The notes below the pieces were generated by a model. It had not been told where the DNA came from and ran no database searches. It was given only the letters and a program-made list of their open reading frames with translations. From Obrimoposthia wandeli (taxonomy: Eukaryota): a DNA stretch of 64,000 nucleotides. The stretch is taken from contig CDROCS010000463.1 in the NCBI GenBank assembly GCA_977020255.1, positions 372,001 to 436,000 on the forward strand, read 5' to 3'. Below are positions 47,233 through 61,482 of this stretch, one piece after another. The position numbers and the translations under genes were made by a program. Position 1 is the first letter of the stretch. Each line of letters begins with the position of its first letter.

Positions 47233-50200
47233 CTGGGCAAGGTGCAGGGGACCACTAATAGGACAAATTGGACATGGTAAGCCAGAATACTGCAGGTTAT
47301 AATTCATATTATATATAGGATATCGGTAATTTTTTTAATTAAGTAATTTTTCAAAATAGTTTAACTCACTAATAGGTTGCCTAACAAATATTAGCAGAAT
47401 TATTAAAATTGTTTAATCTACAAAACAATTAGGTCAACAGTAATAACATTTCTAACGTGATAAACAGTGCGAAAGTTCAAGGTCACTGAGCGACCACTAA
47501 ATATTAATTATTTTCAACAATATTTTGTCTGGATAACTTTTATGTATATAGAAACAAAATGAGAGGGTGAGACGGTCAAAAATTAAAAGTTAAAAAATAA
47601 GGACCGCCCTAATATATAGTACAGATAAGGAGAAATTAGAAGAAATCGTGGACGAGATGAATTTTCTTGGGATCACATCGTTGTACACATAGTGCCTAGA
47701 AATGTACACACCTAAGATAGTCGATAGTATAATGATTACAACAATGATAGTCAGCAATGGTAAGCCGTTCATTAGAATTTACATTTGTAGCACCGAGAAC
47801 AGACTTATCGATTATTACTTTTTATTTCAGAGAACTGTGGGGATTTAGCGAAGATCGAATAGAGAGAATGGAACAAGCTACCAAGAACGAAAATGACTCT
47901 TGTTTATAAAGGACGCCGCCAGAGAACAGTTGCTTCCACATTAGGCTATTACGACGACAGGTGGGAATACAATAAATAAGAAGTAATAGATGGATTGGGA
48001 ATTAGGGGGATTATTATCTTTCAAGACAACAGTGGATCATTCAACCGTGAGACGACGTAGCTCCAACAGGATATCAGTCGAGGTCGATCATCTTAGGCCA
48101 CAGTCTAGTTTTGTATTGATCAAGAAGGACATTTGTCAACATCAATCATCACACAGAGGACACTACCGAGGGACAACCTCACAGAAAGCGGACACCAGGA
48201 AACTCAGAGTATCTTAATTGGTAATTCCACCAACGAATTGTGAACCTCGTTCAATACGCCACACAAGGAACTATTACTAGATCAGATTGACGCCGGAAAA
48301 TTTAGTCCGCATATCAGGCTAGAACCTCAACACCCTGAAGAGTTTCGCGTCCTCTACCGATTACTGTTGGTTCATAAAAGAAAATAAAAACTGCAATAAT
48401 TTCTTCCTGACTGCAATTCTAATTAAATACAAGTACATAATTTTAAAAAAACCTGTATTAAAGCCAGTGTGCGGACATAACCATTGCGAGACAGTTGTAC
48501 TGAAACTTAATTTCACAATGCAAGGGTACCCTTTTCAAAGTTCCCACAAATAATTAATTACACTTGATAATCTTGATGACGCTCATGAATGCCTGCAATG
48601 TTGATTGTGCTGCTTCAAAGCTTCACAGGTTTCTTTATTGTCATTTGAGGAATTTACGTCGACTAGGTGACTTCTTTGTCGCTTTTCTAGATTTACAACA
48701 GTGCCTTTGGACATTCTACCACATTACTTCAAAACCTTATGGGAAAATTTCCAGTCACATACACTGATATGTTGACTGCAGAAGTATTGACAAGATGACC
48801 AGTCAGCACTTCAACAAATCATCTTTGCTTTTTCAGGCACGATTGTGAGCAATTTAAGAAAACTATACTCAGAGCATTTAAGCGTGCAGGGTGACTTAAT
48901 CATATCAATATTCAAAGCGACATTCATCATATAGGCATATCATAATCTCAACAGTTATCTTGTCTAGACCCATCGGCGTATGGGAACCAACATTCAGATT
49001 GAAAGGCATATACATCTCACCAGCAGTCATGGAGTTTTAATTTACTCCATTTTTGGGCTTTAATGAGGATTATCAGCTCAAATCTCATCATACTTTTATG
49101 GTTGTTATTCAGAAGTTCTCCCCGCGTCACCCAGTTCATTATCCTTAGGGGATTCTAATTTTCCGAAGCGCACTCTGTACACAGTTGTTGGCTTTGATGA
49201 TAGTAGTTTTTATTAATAGCAGGATGAGAAACTGGTATAACTTCATTAAAGGTATTCCTAAATATATGTTTCTGATTGCACATAAATGGCTCCACAATAT
49301 ATTTTTTTCAATATAAACCCTCTTCGGTTCTTCAGAAACCTTTAAAAATACCTGAAGAAATATGTTAGTGTCAGCGTTTTCCATCTGCTCCGGTTACAAA
49401 CTTCGTTTTGTATTGCTGACATTCCGGGAATGTCATCACCAGTAATAATAACAACTTCGCCATTAACAAATCTTCCTGGCGACCGGTGACTAAGATATTT
49501 ATGGCTGACCTCATAATGCATGGCTTGACAGGGTTCTTCGACAATTTAGTAATGTATCACATGCTCGAATAGATTGTATGAAGGCAACGGAGATAAAGAT
49601 TCGACTGAGGAGGCTTATTTTCTGAGTAATTATAACAATATATGTGTACGATTTTTTTGTTTGAAATGAATTTTCTTTTATATGTTTAACTCATTTTGTA
49701 TCAATACAAAAATAATCCCCAATATACGAGATTAAGGATGAAAATAAAAATATGAAAACCCCCTAATATTGATCAAGTACCAATCTAAAGGATGTACAGA
49801 GAGTGAAGAGTAAGAAAGTAAAGTTTTTATCCACTATATATATCAGACATTGAAACAGTTACTGGTAGGGTACAATAAACCTTTTCGAAACCGACCTTGT
49901 TTCTGAGAAGTTCTTTCCTAACAATAGGCAATGTACATTATAGACGGAAGTCAAACAGCATCCTCTAAATCGCATATTTTGAACTGTTCCAATACTTCTA
50001 AACATGCAGTTTGTATTTCACAAATATCCCTTTCATTATTAATGAGTTTGGTCTTTTCCAAGTGATGCCCGAAGCCGACTCACTTTCCCAGACATACACA
50101 ATTCATTCAGAAGTAATTCCCTATGAAAGGTTTTCTTTAAGCATAGTCTTCCTTTTGAAAATAATCATCGGAGGCAACTTTCCACTACCTGTTTTCATGC

Positions 50201-50474
50201 AAAGAACTGTAAAGTTGGATATTTCAAAACCTTTTGTAATACCTAAACCCAAATAAACATTATATAACTCTGAAATAGACCCTAATAACCTTTATAAATA
50301 TTGATTTAATTATGGCGTGTTACTTAGACGTAAAATTCAATAAAATTTCAGTGTGTATTATACAAGGTTTTCTAACGTAATGAAATTCTTCAGCCGCACA
50401 TGAGTGCACTACATATTATAGACGAAATTTTAGGGTAATTCAATAACAAATAAATTAACTTGACGATGACTAAC

Positions 50475-50738
50475 CAGCTTCATTAGCTATAGTAAGACTG
50501 GCCAGTTCTCCAAGGACGGTATCCGGATCGTTGGTCATTAGTGACTTGTTGCCACAAACGGTGGCAGCGGTCGTGGATATGGACGAACCACTGTCGTCTA
50601 CAGTGTCGTATATGGGAGAATCGTCGCCGCCGTTACTGCTGCCTCCCGCATCCCGGAATGAATGCGATTCAGTCCTATTGGTCAACACCAGAGAATCGAC
50701 TGCGATAAAGACGTTTGAGATCATGAATCCTTCAAAAC
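50475..50738 (-). CDS. STRN: Striatin exon 4
   Basis: Ends in the conserved LGELASLTIANEA. Donor GTTAGT. Acceptor inferred from phase. Confidence 0.82.
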
Positions 50739-51123
50739 CTTGAAAGTTACTAGTAGAGTACATTTTAAAATTTAAGGAAGTATTAATTATTCCCAATGTT
50801 TTTTTTTGTTTTTTTTGCAACAGATTTTAAGATGCTATCAAAATAACTAAACCATCCAGCAAAATTCTCGTTACTCCCGTGTGATACATTGTTTTAGGTG
50901 AGTATTTAATAAAATAGTTAAACTTCTATTCTGTAATTTGATTTTTCCTAAAATACTGACAATATCGTTGGCATTTAAAAATATAATTAACTTTCTTCTT
51001 TTGCTCATAACCAAACCGTAACGAAGCAAATGTTTGCACAAACATGTGAACGGGTTATTTTCACTTTCAACAGTATTCGTATACAAAATAGACGCTGAAA
51101 CAAAAGCTGGATACACAACTCAC

Positions 51124-51350
51124 AGTGCATTTTGGCGATAGACGCCTCCTTGGTTGCTGAGTTGCTTGAACTGGTGCAACTGGGATTTGTGAATGTAGTT
51201 TGGATCGATGGCGGTGGATCAATGACACCAACTGCCAGATCCACAGAGTCGTCAGCTGAAGTGCTAACAGAGTCAAGCCCCAGTAACTGCTTCACGCGCG
51301 TTTCGCGCACTTCTGCCATCAGATCTTGGTAACCGCTTTCCAACAATAAT
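51124..51350 (-). CDS. STRN: Striatin exon 3
   Basis: LLLESGYQDLMAEVRETRVKQLLGL (compare YLQEVGYTDTILDVRSQRVRSLLGL). CAG and GTGAGT boundaries. Confidence 0.87.
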
Positions 51351-51665
51351 CTGTTTTCAAAAGCAGAAGAGCAGTGTCAATAAATGTCAATACAATTTAA
51401 AAACATTACGAAGAACAATATATTGGCCGCCGCTAAATACTTTTACTAATTAAAAAATGTTTAGTTTTTAAGTCACACCCATATCTGTGCAATATTTTAC
51501 AACTAAAAGCAAGAGTGTGAAAATATTGAATCCAGACAACACATCAAGATGTTTCTGTTGAAAACGCTTCAGTCAACTACTCAAAGTTGCTGATTTGTAA
51601 AGCACCTCTGAATAATAATTGCTACAGTTATATCTAAGCATATCTAACACTCGAATTGTACTCAC

Positions 51666-51928
51666 TCTTTTATATCTGTCAATTTGTATTGTGGAGTCGT
51701 GCAGTTGTGTACATCTTCCTTTTGTCCGCCGTTATTTTCAACTAACACTCCATTATCAGCATCTTCGTCACCCACTGATTCTCCAGCTCGCAACTGATCC
51801 CGAACAAGATGCACCATCTTCTCTGTCTCCATCTCCAAAGAAAATTCTAACATTTTAATCCGTCTCATGAGATCCAGCATCAAATTCTCCTGGCCCCTTC
51901 TCTCCCCCTGCAGAAAAGCAATTCGAGC
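51666..51928 (-). CDS. STRN: Striatin exon 2 (coiled coil)
   Basis: ARIAFLQGERRGQENLMLDLMRRIKMLEFSL is the striatin N-terminal signature. Confidence 0.95.
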
Positions 51929-51973
51929 CTGAAATCCAATAAAAATATATTCCTAATCATTTCATTGAATTAC

Positions 51974-52105
51974 TTGTAGTTCGGCTTTATCAACATTCCA
52001 TTGTGCTCGAAGCATTTCATTTTTCATGCTCTCATTATGCAAAAATTGCATAACTCCAGAAATGGAATATTCATAATCTTTATGATCGACAATATCTTCA
52101 ATCAT
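51974..52105 (-). CDS. STRN: Striatin first coding exon; not in the ORF track
   Basis: MIEDIVDHKDYEYSISGVMQFLHNESMKNEMLRAQWNVDKAELQ (compare YSIPGILHFIQHEW..RAHWEVERAELQ). A 45-bp intron leads to exon 2. Confidence 0.9.
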
Positions 52106-55067
52106 TTACCTATAGATTAATCATTTTAGAATATTAAATTAAAAATTTAGAATAAAAAATTGGAACATAAAACGAAAATAGAAAATAATTGACCTCAATA
52201 AGTCATATGTATGTATAAGTGAAATTGTGAATATCGAAAAACGAGTAGTCTACACCAATAAAATTTCACCGAATAAGCAACATTTAAAAAACTCATGTAT
52301 TCTACCATTGAACCATCCTGGCTTTTAGTTTCCCTGATATCCTATCCAAAACATTTTTAATGGGATAATACATTTAATAAAATGAAAAATTTACAAATTA
52401 TAACAAGATATTCCTCATTAAAATTCTTAGTTAGTTATGGAAAGAGATTATATACAGCGATGATTCCGTGGTTCAATGTCCGACTTGGAAGAACTTCAAT
52501 TTTGGTCGCCTAAACTGACCATTTAACGTATCTTAAATTTAAGCAATTTGTAAGTACAGTCAGACCTCTACATAACGAACACCAACTTTTTAAAAAATTC
52601 CATGTTCGTTAAAAAAAGGAACGAACAATTTAATAAACTTTTATTTATAAAACAAAATAAACTACAATAAGACATGTATTTTTTTTTTCCTAACCAAATA
52701 GTCAGTAATGTCTTTTGGTTTTTTAGAAGCTAAAATGTTTTTCAATTCTTGGGTAGCAATAACGCCTTCAAAACAGTTTTTAAGCATATATTGCTCGTAT
52801 ATTTACCGTTCGTTAAAAAAAAGTGTTCGTTATGTAGAGTGTTCGTTATGTAGAGGTCTGACTGTAATTGAATATTATTAAATATATTTTAAAAATAAAA
52901 ATCATTGTTATTCGAGGAACTATTTCTATCATTGCACATATTAAACTAGATAGAAAATATTTGATTATGACAAAGATTCAAAGATCATAAAAGCCAACAG
53001 TATCCATCATCAGAAGTAGTTAATTAATTGTTCAATTGACTAACTAAATTCATTTCGATTTTTCACAACTTTATGCATTTGAATATAAAAAATGAATATT
53101 TTATGTTTTAAATACATATTTTCGTAAACTGTTTAACCAGAAAAGTGATTTAATTGTTTTTGTTTTAATTATAAGCATGTTTTACACGAGCACGGCCCTC
53201 GACAAAATTTTACAAAAAACTAAGAATTTAAAAATACACGAGTATTGATTATGAAATTTTCTATTTAAAATATGTATTGGTTGTTAATTCAGTTATGACA
53301 GAACTAAGTAGCAGTTCTCAAACAATGTTTCTTTAAATAGACATTAACATTTTCTCATTTTTTCAATGTATCTTGAATTTTTCTCTTCTCGGCATTAGTC
53401 TTAAATTTAGAAAATACTCAAGGTATCGTTACAATATCTAAGAAAATATATTTATTATTTTTAATTTTCGGACTAATATCAAAATAGTTTGTACTTATCA
53501 CTAAAAAATGTAATGACATTTAAAAGAATGATCTAGGACTTTAGAATAAAGTGGTTGTTTCAAAAATATTTCATTATTGAGCTTCATCAGATATATTTGT
53601 GATAATCAAATTAAATTTTTTAAAGAATATTATTATCATGGTAAATGCTGTATTCATATTTTTATTTGTGTTTTGAAGTGCTAGGCTGCACAAGCACCCA
53701 AAAAAAAGATAAATTTGTTGTTTAAAATTATGTTTTTGAATTAATTTTTAAAAAATATTAGGAATATTAAAAAAATTATATAAAAATAAATATATATGAC
53801 AAACAGGAAAATTATTTTTCACTTAAACATTGTTATCCTCGTTTAAATTAATTTAGAAATCTAATAAGCACCAATATGATGATGAGGTTGTAATAAAATA
53901 TTCTTGTTAAATAAATATTAGCTTTAATTTCATATATATATTTTATATTTTATTTTAAGTTTAGGACGATTATGTAATTTTTTTTTTATTAAACTTTTAG
54001 TTTAAATAAATTCAAGAAAGCTCATTTAAATTTTAAAAATTTATAAGAATCCTTTTTTATATTCGTTATATTTTTTTATAATTCCATTAAAAATCATGTT
54101 TTTTTTAAAAATTTAATATATTGAAATTTGTTTTGATATAAATATTAAATAATATAAATTTCAATTTAATATTACATTTTCAAATTTAATTATTATTTGA
54201 ACGTATAATAGCTAGTTAAAACAATATAATAATATATTTAAGGTTTTTTTAATTATAAAGTTTTTAATTTTTAATTGAATGTAAATAAGGAGATAATTGT
54301 TTAATCTATTTACTTATTATTATTTTTAATTTAACAGTTTCAAATTATATACAGTAGTTTTCAACGTACATAAAACATTATTTCCTAGCAGCAGATCTTC
54401 GCTACCTGTCGCGGACTTTCAGCAGCAGTGCAGACGGCGACTACATCAATAAATTCCACCGACCAGCGGCCTCTCTCATCCATCATCCTCTCTTCCTAGT
54501 GGCCTTCCTACAATAAATCCGCATTGGCGAGTGGGCAGCGATAACAACTAAGTTGCAGAAATACTCGCACACATACACAATTCACGGTACTGGCCTCTCC
54601 CATATGTTCTTATCTGTGTCTTGAAGCTGATAATAGTGATGTGTGCCGAACTGGCTATTATGCCAATTTGGGAAACAGGTATTCGTCCTGTGTTCTTCTG
54701 CAGCGTGTCTTCTCTCGTGCAGTCTGTGTGCAACATTTTGGAGACACTCTCAGGGTCATCCGAGTCTGGTCTGGTTAGCGTGTTCGGTCGTGTCGACTGT
54801 GCTGCACTGTTTTCTGTCGAGTTACAGATTTATTGATTTTCCCCCGCACATTTGTCTCATAAAGATTATCCCACTTGTTCGTGTGCATTTGGCTCTGTGT
54901 GTGTGATATATTTGTCCTTTGTGTTCGGATCCCTATATAATGACAGTGGTGGATATTGACAACACAATAATAATACGACTGATACCAGGATAGAATGAAT
55001 CTGCAGGTGGAAACTCTAAAACAATTTATTACTACAGTTTGAAAACACAAGTTCTGGTATTTTAAAA

Positions 55068-55294
55068 TATAACCGACGAGAATTATTTATTTTGCCTTCA
55101 ATATTATAACCGACGAGAATTATTTATTTTGCCTTCAATATTATAACCGACGAGAATTATTTATTTTGCCTTCAATATTATAACCGACGAGAATTATTTA
55201 TTTTTGCCTTCAATATTATAACCGACAAGAATTATTTATTTTGCCTTCAATATTATAATCGACGAGAATTATTTATTTTGCCTTCAAACTTATA
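55068..55294. repeat. 37-bp minisatellite, 6 units
   Basis: Contiguous TATAACCGACGAGAATTATTTATTTTGCCTTCAATAT units with no spacers. Confidence 0.95.
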
Positions 55295-58200
55295 ACACAT
55301 ATCACAAACCGCACATAACCTAAACAACGAATTAAATAAACTAAAATTCAAATATAAGTCGACAAAACTCAAAAGAAACAATAAATAAAACGTATAGAGT
55401 ACTTTTTAGAAATAAATTAGTAATAGAAAACGGAAATATTATAATGACTTGTTAAATTTTTTAAATAATTAATTCCGTTGCCATCATACCGTCTTAGTAT
55501 CCCTTTATGAACCGGTTTAAGATCACTTTCAACAATAAAATATATAATTTGCTCATCAGTTTTGCGTGGTTATGCCAGTTTCATCATTAAAATTTGTTGA
55601 TTTATTTTCATTGACCATGAAATCTTTAATTGTTAGATAAGTTTGTATAATAAAGAAAAGAATTGTTAAATAAAATAATGCATTTATTTTCTTTAAATTA
55701 TACTATTATAGATAACGACAATTGTATTTCTAAAATTGTTAATTTCATATAATATAAAAAACAGTGAATAAAATAATGCATACATTTTCTTCTTTCAATT
55801 ATATAGTCAAAAAATTGCGTGTATAAAATTGTCTTAATTCAAAGTTTTTTTTGTGAAGTTCAGGCGTAAATGTTGCCGTTATATATAGATAGGGAGAAAT
55901 AGTGAATAAGCATATTTCATCTGGGCAGCATCGAACACATCAGAGAGAAGAGACCAGGGAGCATGGTAGAGTTAAAAGAGCTGGAGATATATAACGGATA
56001 TATAAATATTGTAGGAATTTATTATTATTTTGCCTTGAATTTTTTTTTTAAATCTCATTTATTACTTATGCATATAAAAATTTTGAATTATTTTTTTTTT
56101 AAATTATGAATTATATTTTAACATTTCAGAACGTGTCTGTATTTTTAATAATTGGGTCAATTTGTTTGATTCTTAACAAAATTTAAAAAATGCTCCTATG
56201 ATTAAAATTTTTCTTTATAAAGTTCTTGTTTTCTTGTTTAGTAGTTTGACACAAAGTTGGCGGCTTTTTCGATTTAACTTTGCTATGATTGGCGTTGATT
56301 CTTATTCCATTTCACTATCTTAGAAATCAAAATTGCAGAAAAATTAGAAACAACCTTTCATATTGAATATGTATTAAACTTGCTTTATTAATCGAAATTT
56401 GAATTTACTATTGCGCAATACGAACCGTGTTAAGAATATCATAAGAATTAGAAATTTTCGAAGTTTTCAAAACTGCATTGCTTTAATATTAAATATAATA
56501 AAACATAAAAACTGGATCTGGTGTAAGTACTAAATATAAATTTGTTCTATTTTAAATGAATAATAGATTTACATATATTTTATTTTTGCAATTAAGCAAT
56601 TGTAAAAATACATTTAAAAAAATTAATTAAAATGCTTGTATAAGAAGCGTTATTAGAAACGTTCTTAAGTACACTCGTTGTAACTTACTAAATTGAATCT
56701 AGAAAGTTACTAGATAAATTATGGCTACAACTTACTGTATCACCCGGCAATTGAAATATAATTCAAAAGTAGGTACAAAATAAATTACTAGATGGAAAAA
56801 CAGGTAAAATAAAATTGCACGCACACTTACACAACATTTTAAAATTAAAATCCAATTAAACACAGAGTAAGAACACAAAATTTTAGAATTTTAATAGATG
56901 GATTTAGAGTTTAATAGATTGATTTAAATATTAAAAACTGAGAAAATTCTTTTTACGACAGATATGACTAGATTTGATGACCTTTTATTCTGGGAATAAA
57001 ACAAAATCAGTCTTCCAAGAGTCTGTTAAATGAGAATGTTTGCTACTAAATGTTTTACATACTTGATAATTTTAAATCCGCTTCATCAGGTTTTAAAATC
57101 GACTAAAAATAGTTATTTTAAAAATTTATCACTTACTAAGTTTCTTTATTCGACTTAGTAAGTTACACAGAGTGTAAATTAAAATTGAAGTCTACAAAAT
57201 AAATGAATAAATTAAAAACAACCCATTAAAATATTATTTAACCTCGGGAGATTTCTGAGACTGTATAAAGTAAAAATCATCTGAGAATTGACTAAAATTG
57301 GGATTTTAAGTATATTTATAATTTTCCTGCATAGATTTTCTAATATATAAATTCTATTACTATTATTATTGCTAATTTTATATCAGATTGAATTAAAGTG
57401 ATCTGAATACAAGCGCTCATATAAAACACCGAAGTGTATGTAGAACTGCGACCAAGATCTCTTCTTTATTCTTTTTATATGGGTTTTTAGGTGATTGTCT
57501 TTGGTATCTATGACCTTGGAGCAGACTGGTAAAATCGAATGTTAACTCGAGATGACCATGGGACACTTACACGCACAGGTGCAGCTTTCTCCGATCTGAG
57601 CTCCTCGTATGTTTCAATTGGCTAGATTTAAGTTTCTGACTCTCGATGAGGTTCAGTTGGACGACTGGGGAAAAGCAGATCAAGACGGCAAGTATCAATT
57701 GCCCTTTGCTGCATTTGTGAAAAAGTTAACAATTCTCAAAGCGGTCGCTTTATAGCTGGACAGTTTTAAAAAGGGCAATCTTATAGTAAAAAAAAATGAA
57801 ACAGCAACAAAATTAACTGAATGTCATTAGCGAAGACTTAAAACATCAAAGATCACGACAAGTTATTAATCAATAATAATGCCAAGAGATACTAAATTTA
57901 GAAGTTTTGGTCAGAAACATGTAGTTTTGAAATTTATCGTATAGAAGATCAATTTCCGAAACCTATTGTCAAATCAATCAAGCTTAGATGGGCATATTCG
58001 ACAAGAAACACACAAATTGATAAAGAATTTGCTGTTGTTGGGCTTAAATTAATAAACATTTTATATATGATTTTATGAAGGTCATCAGACTGGTGAATAA
58101 TAACAATATAATAACAATATACTAGGGGCCAACAATTGTGAGAGTACTTTAACAAAATTTTAATATTTTAAAACTTTAACATAAAAAATAACGACGGCGA

Positions 58201-59512
58201 TGATGAACACTTCAAAATTTAAAACAGAATAAAATAAAATAAATAAGGACCCGTAATATTTGTAGGAAGAGGCCAGTCACGATATTTAGTAATTTTTTTT
58301 GTGTTGCTATTTCTAAAAACCAGGGTTTTTATATCCTTTTAATTCTTATGTAGTGACCGGGTCTTCCAGTCGAGGCTTTTGATTTAGATTAGTTTAGATT
58401 AATCTAAATGGGGTTTGGACTTTTAAATAACTTGCCCACTTAGGTTCCAACAGGTAACCCGTTAGTAGGTGTGTTTGCCTGTTAGAGTTGTAAAGTTTTA
58501 TGTACTTTCTTATACTATAGGACGTTTTTACCCAAAGGTGGGATTTTAATGAGCCGTACATTTTTAAATTGGAAATAATTTATGCTTTAAAATGATGTTT
58601 TTTTCATTTATTTGCGACTTTTAGATGTCTAGAAATTCTTCATTAAAGTTTAATTTAATAATTAATCAGTATCCATAGTTGTATATGTTGCGAATAACAA
58701 TATTTAGAACTGTGATTATCTAATTAGAAAAGAGTTAAAACTTAAATGAAGAAAAATGCACTTTGGCATTTACGTTTATAATCTGTAGTACCCGACAGTT
58801 TCTCAAATGTTTTGGCTTACCATGGCTTCGTCAGGAGATTCTCGCAAAGCCAGATATAATGATGGTAGAAACAAAGGAATTAAGTGAACAAGTGGATATG
58901 GGAGTATTAGGCAGACAACCCAATCGAGATCATATTTACTCGATCCAGCAACGTCCAAGAAAGTATCTTGTGGCAGCCATAGCAATTTGATCTGTTTCTT
59001 TATTCTGCAATAGACTTCATGCTGCCTTTACGATATCGGTGTAGTTATCATAGCTCCACTTCTCCTTTCACTCACGGTTGACTCCCAATTACCAGCAGTA
59101 ACAACAGTTGCTACATTCTGCCTTTCGATGGCTTCAGTGCCTTTTTCCCAGTCCATGTTTTTCCTTCTGCCTGTCACCGTCATCATGTCCTGATTCCTGT
59201 GTGTGTGGCTGAAGTTTGTGCAATATATAGCAATATCTGAACACATTTTGAACACAAATTTGTTGATTTTGATCTTAACATAATTTTTATTATGCAGTTA
59301 TTTATCACAAACTATCCTAAATTTTTATTGATGACTGTGAATTGAATCAAAATATTTTTGTCTATCGAATTTAACCAAATCATATTATAAAAGAAAAATA
59401 TTGTTTTATATATTTAAAAGTAACAAGGCAATTTAAAGAAAATCAAATTCTTGAATAACTGATTAGTCAAATATATATCCCATTACTCATTCATAACATA
59501 TATTGAGGAATG

Positions 59513-59761
59513 TCAAACATACCACACAATCACACGACCACCAGGATAAACATTACCTAAAGACTCGTACGTCTTAAAACCATACTTTACCCAATCTATT
59601 AAATTCCCCTCATTTATTTTTTTAATATATTCTATATTTTTTACTTTATATCTTTCATTCGGAAATGTTATTTTGAAAGATCTGTCAGGTTTTTTATCTA
59701 TTATGACTACAAGACCCTCATAGCAATTATTATCCTTATTTGTAACTATGAATTTTACCAA
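59513..59761 (-). CDS. Possible 82-aa orphan ORF
   Basis: ATG-to-stop ORF with protein-like composition in AT-rich DNA. No recognised family. Confidence 0.25.
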   Translation of the reverse strand: MVKFIVTNKDNNCYEGLVVIIDKKPDRSFKITFPNERYKVKNIEYIKKINEGNLIDWVKYGFKTYESLGNVYPGGRVIVWYV

Positions 59762-59943
59762 TATTTCCTCAACGATGTTAAAATTTCATAAATTATTTCC
59801 CTTTAAGTTAATTTCATTCTTTTAATTAATTTTGTTCTTGTACGGTTTTATATATCTTTGTTTCTTTTTTTTGTCTTCAAACTATTCAAGAGCAATTTTT
59901 TAATAAATATTATTTCAGCTAGACTCATATATGTTGTAGCTTG

Positions 59944-60980
59944 TGTTAGAATAGGAAAATATAAATTACATAAATATTTATAGTAAATAAATAACCTTCT
60001 AAGTGAAAGTTATAACATCACAAAATAAAATTAAAATAAATAATTTTTGATTTAAAAAATTAAATAAATTAAGACCTTCAAAGGCCATGAGAATGTGTAT
60101 TTAAGCGAAGAAAACAATTTAAAAAAGGACAGTAGAAGAAATAAGTAGGGAGATGAAAATTGGGCAATCAAACAGAGAATCAGTCGATTCACAAAATCAT
60201 GAACATTCACATCAAGTGATAGATTCGCATCGACCGCGAAGCTACGACAAATTCACACGGACATAAAGATCACAGCAACCACGAGATCTGGCATTGAGAC
60301 ATCGCGACCACCTGAACTATAAACAGGTATATAAAACAACTACAGTACTGTTATTGAAACAAAAATTTACTTAGGTGATAATAAGAAGCGAACAAGCTTA
60401 TCAAGAGGTGATCAACTGAAAAAACGAACAATTTCATCAACAGCTATCGACAGAAAAGTGACTAACTTTATCAAGAAGTTATCAACACTAACCTTCCCAT
60501 GACATACCTATAAATTTATCATTGAGAAAACAGCCGGTGAGTAAATTAATAGAAGCAACATAAATTCTAACTTATAAAATATCGTCAGTAAATTGAATAT
60601 AGTAAAGTATTGAATCTAGTAAAAAGTATTTTTCAAAAAATTGATTTTTAAGTGTTGCCGGATAGCATATGTAGGGTATTATACTGTTTCGGTTTTAATT
60701 AGGAGCAAATGTTTAAATTTCGTAATGGTAATAAATAAATTCATAAATCAATCCTTGTGAATAAAATTTCTAAGATTATCCCTCTCTTAGATTTGTGGTG
60801 ATTTAGAGCAACTAGGATCAGCTTACGGATCGAGATCTAATAAGTGAGATGACAGTTTGTTTTCTGATTATTCGAAAGGCTACTATTAGAACCGATTAAA
60901 TTTCTTGGTTTTGGCTTGCCAGACGATATTTCAAAGTAAAATCACATTCGGCCTAACCGGCTCATTGTTTCAGCCCAACA
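59944..60980 (+). mobile_element. Probable degenerate LTR
   Basis: Starts TGTTAGAATAGG and ends GCCCAACA, like the other LTRs, with an internal TATA-like GTATATAAAA. No matching TSD. Confidence 0.4.
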
Positions 60981-61482
60981 TAACAATACAATTTCATTGA
61001 ACACAATACATTTACACTTCACAAGAAACCTTTAGACAAGATCAGGTAGGCCATACCCATCTGTAATACCTGTCGATACAGAACTCACCATGAGCCCAAT
61101 GTTAACATGCTATCAAGGTTCATGAACCCATGTGCTCACTATGAGCTCATGCCATGAAAGACAGACATCCAATCATATCATCTAAAAGGATTATTGATCG
61201 AATATATATTGACGATTATTATAAATAATGTTTGAAAAACACAATAGAAAGACAACAATCAATAGATATTTGTCCAACTATTATGTCTTTCAAACATATA
61301 TATTTAAATCAAATTAATAAATTAATAAAAACTTACCTAAGATACTGCAGCGTAAATCCATCCAGCGGTTGACTGATGCGATTCCTGCATCGACTGATGG
61401 CATTAACCGCATACATACTCCAATACAAGGCACATAACGTCTGTGCCTTGCATTGGAGTGTGCAGTAGGAAGAGAAATTCAC

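Noticed and set aside
47590-49600. Possible degenerate LTR-retrotransposon internal region
   Set aside because: Only vague similarity, with no intact RT, RNase H or integrase motif readable.
55068-55294. 37-bp repeats as a CRISPR array
   Set aside because: Units are contiguous with no unique spacers, the context is eukaryotic and there are no cas genes.
58760-59300. Possible gag zinc-knuckle remnant on the minus strand
   Set aside because: The CCHC spacing cannot be recovered without assuming several mutations.
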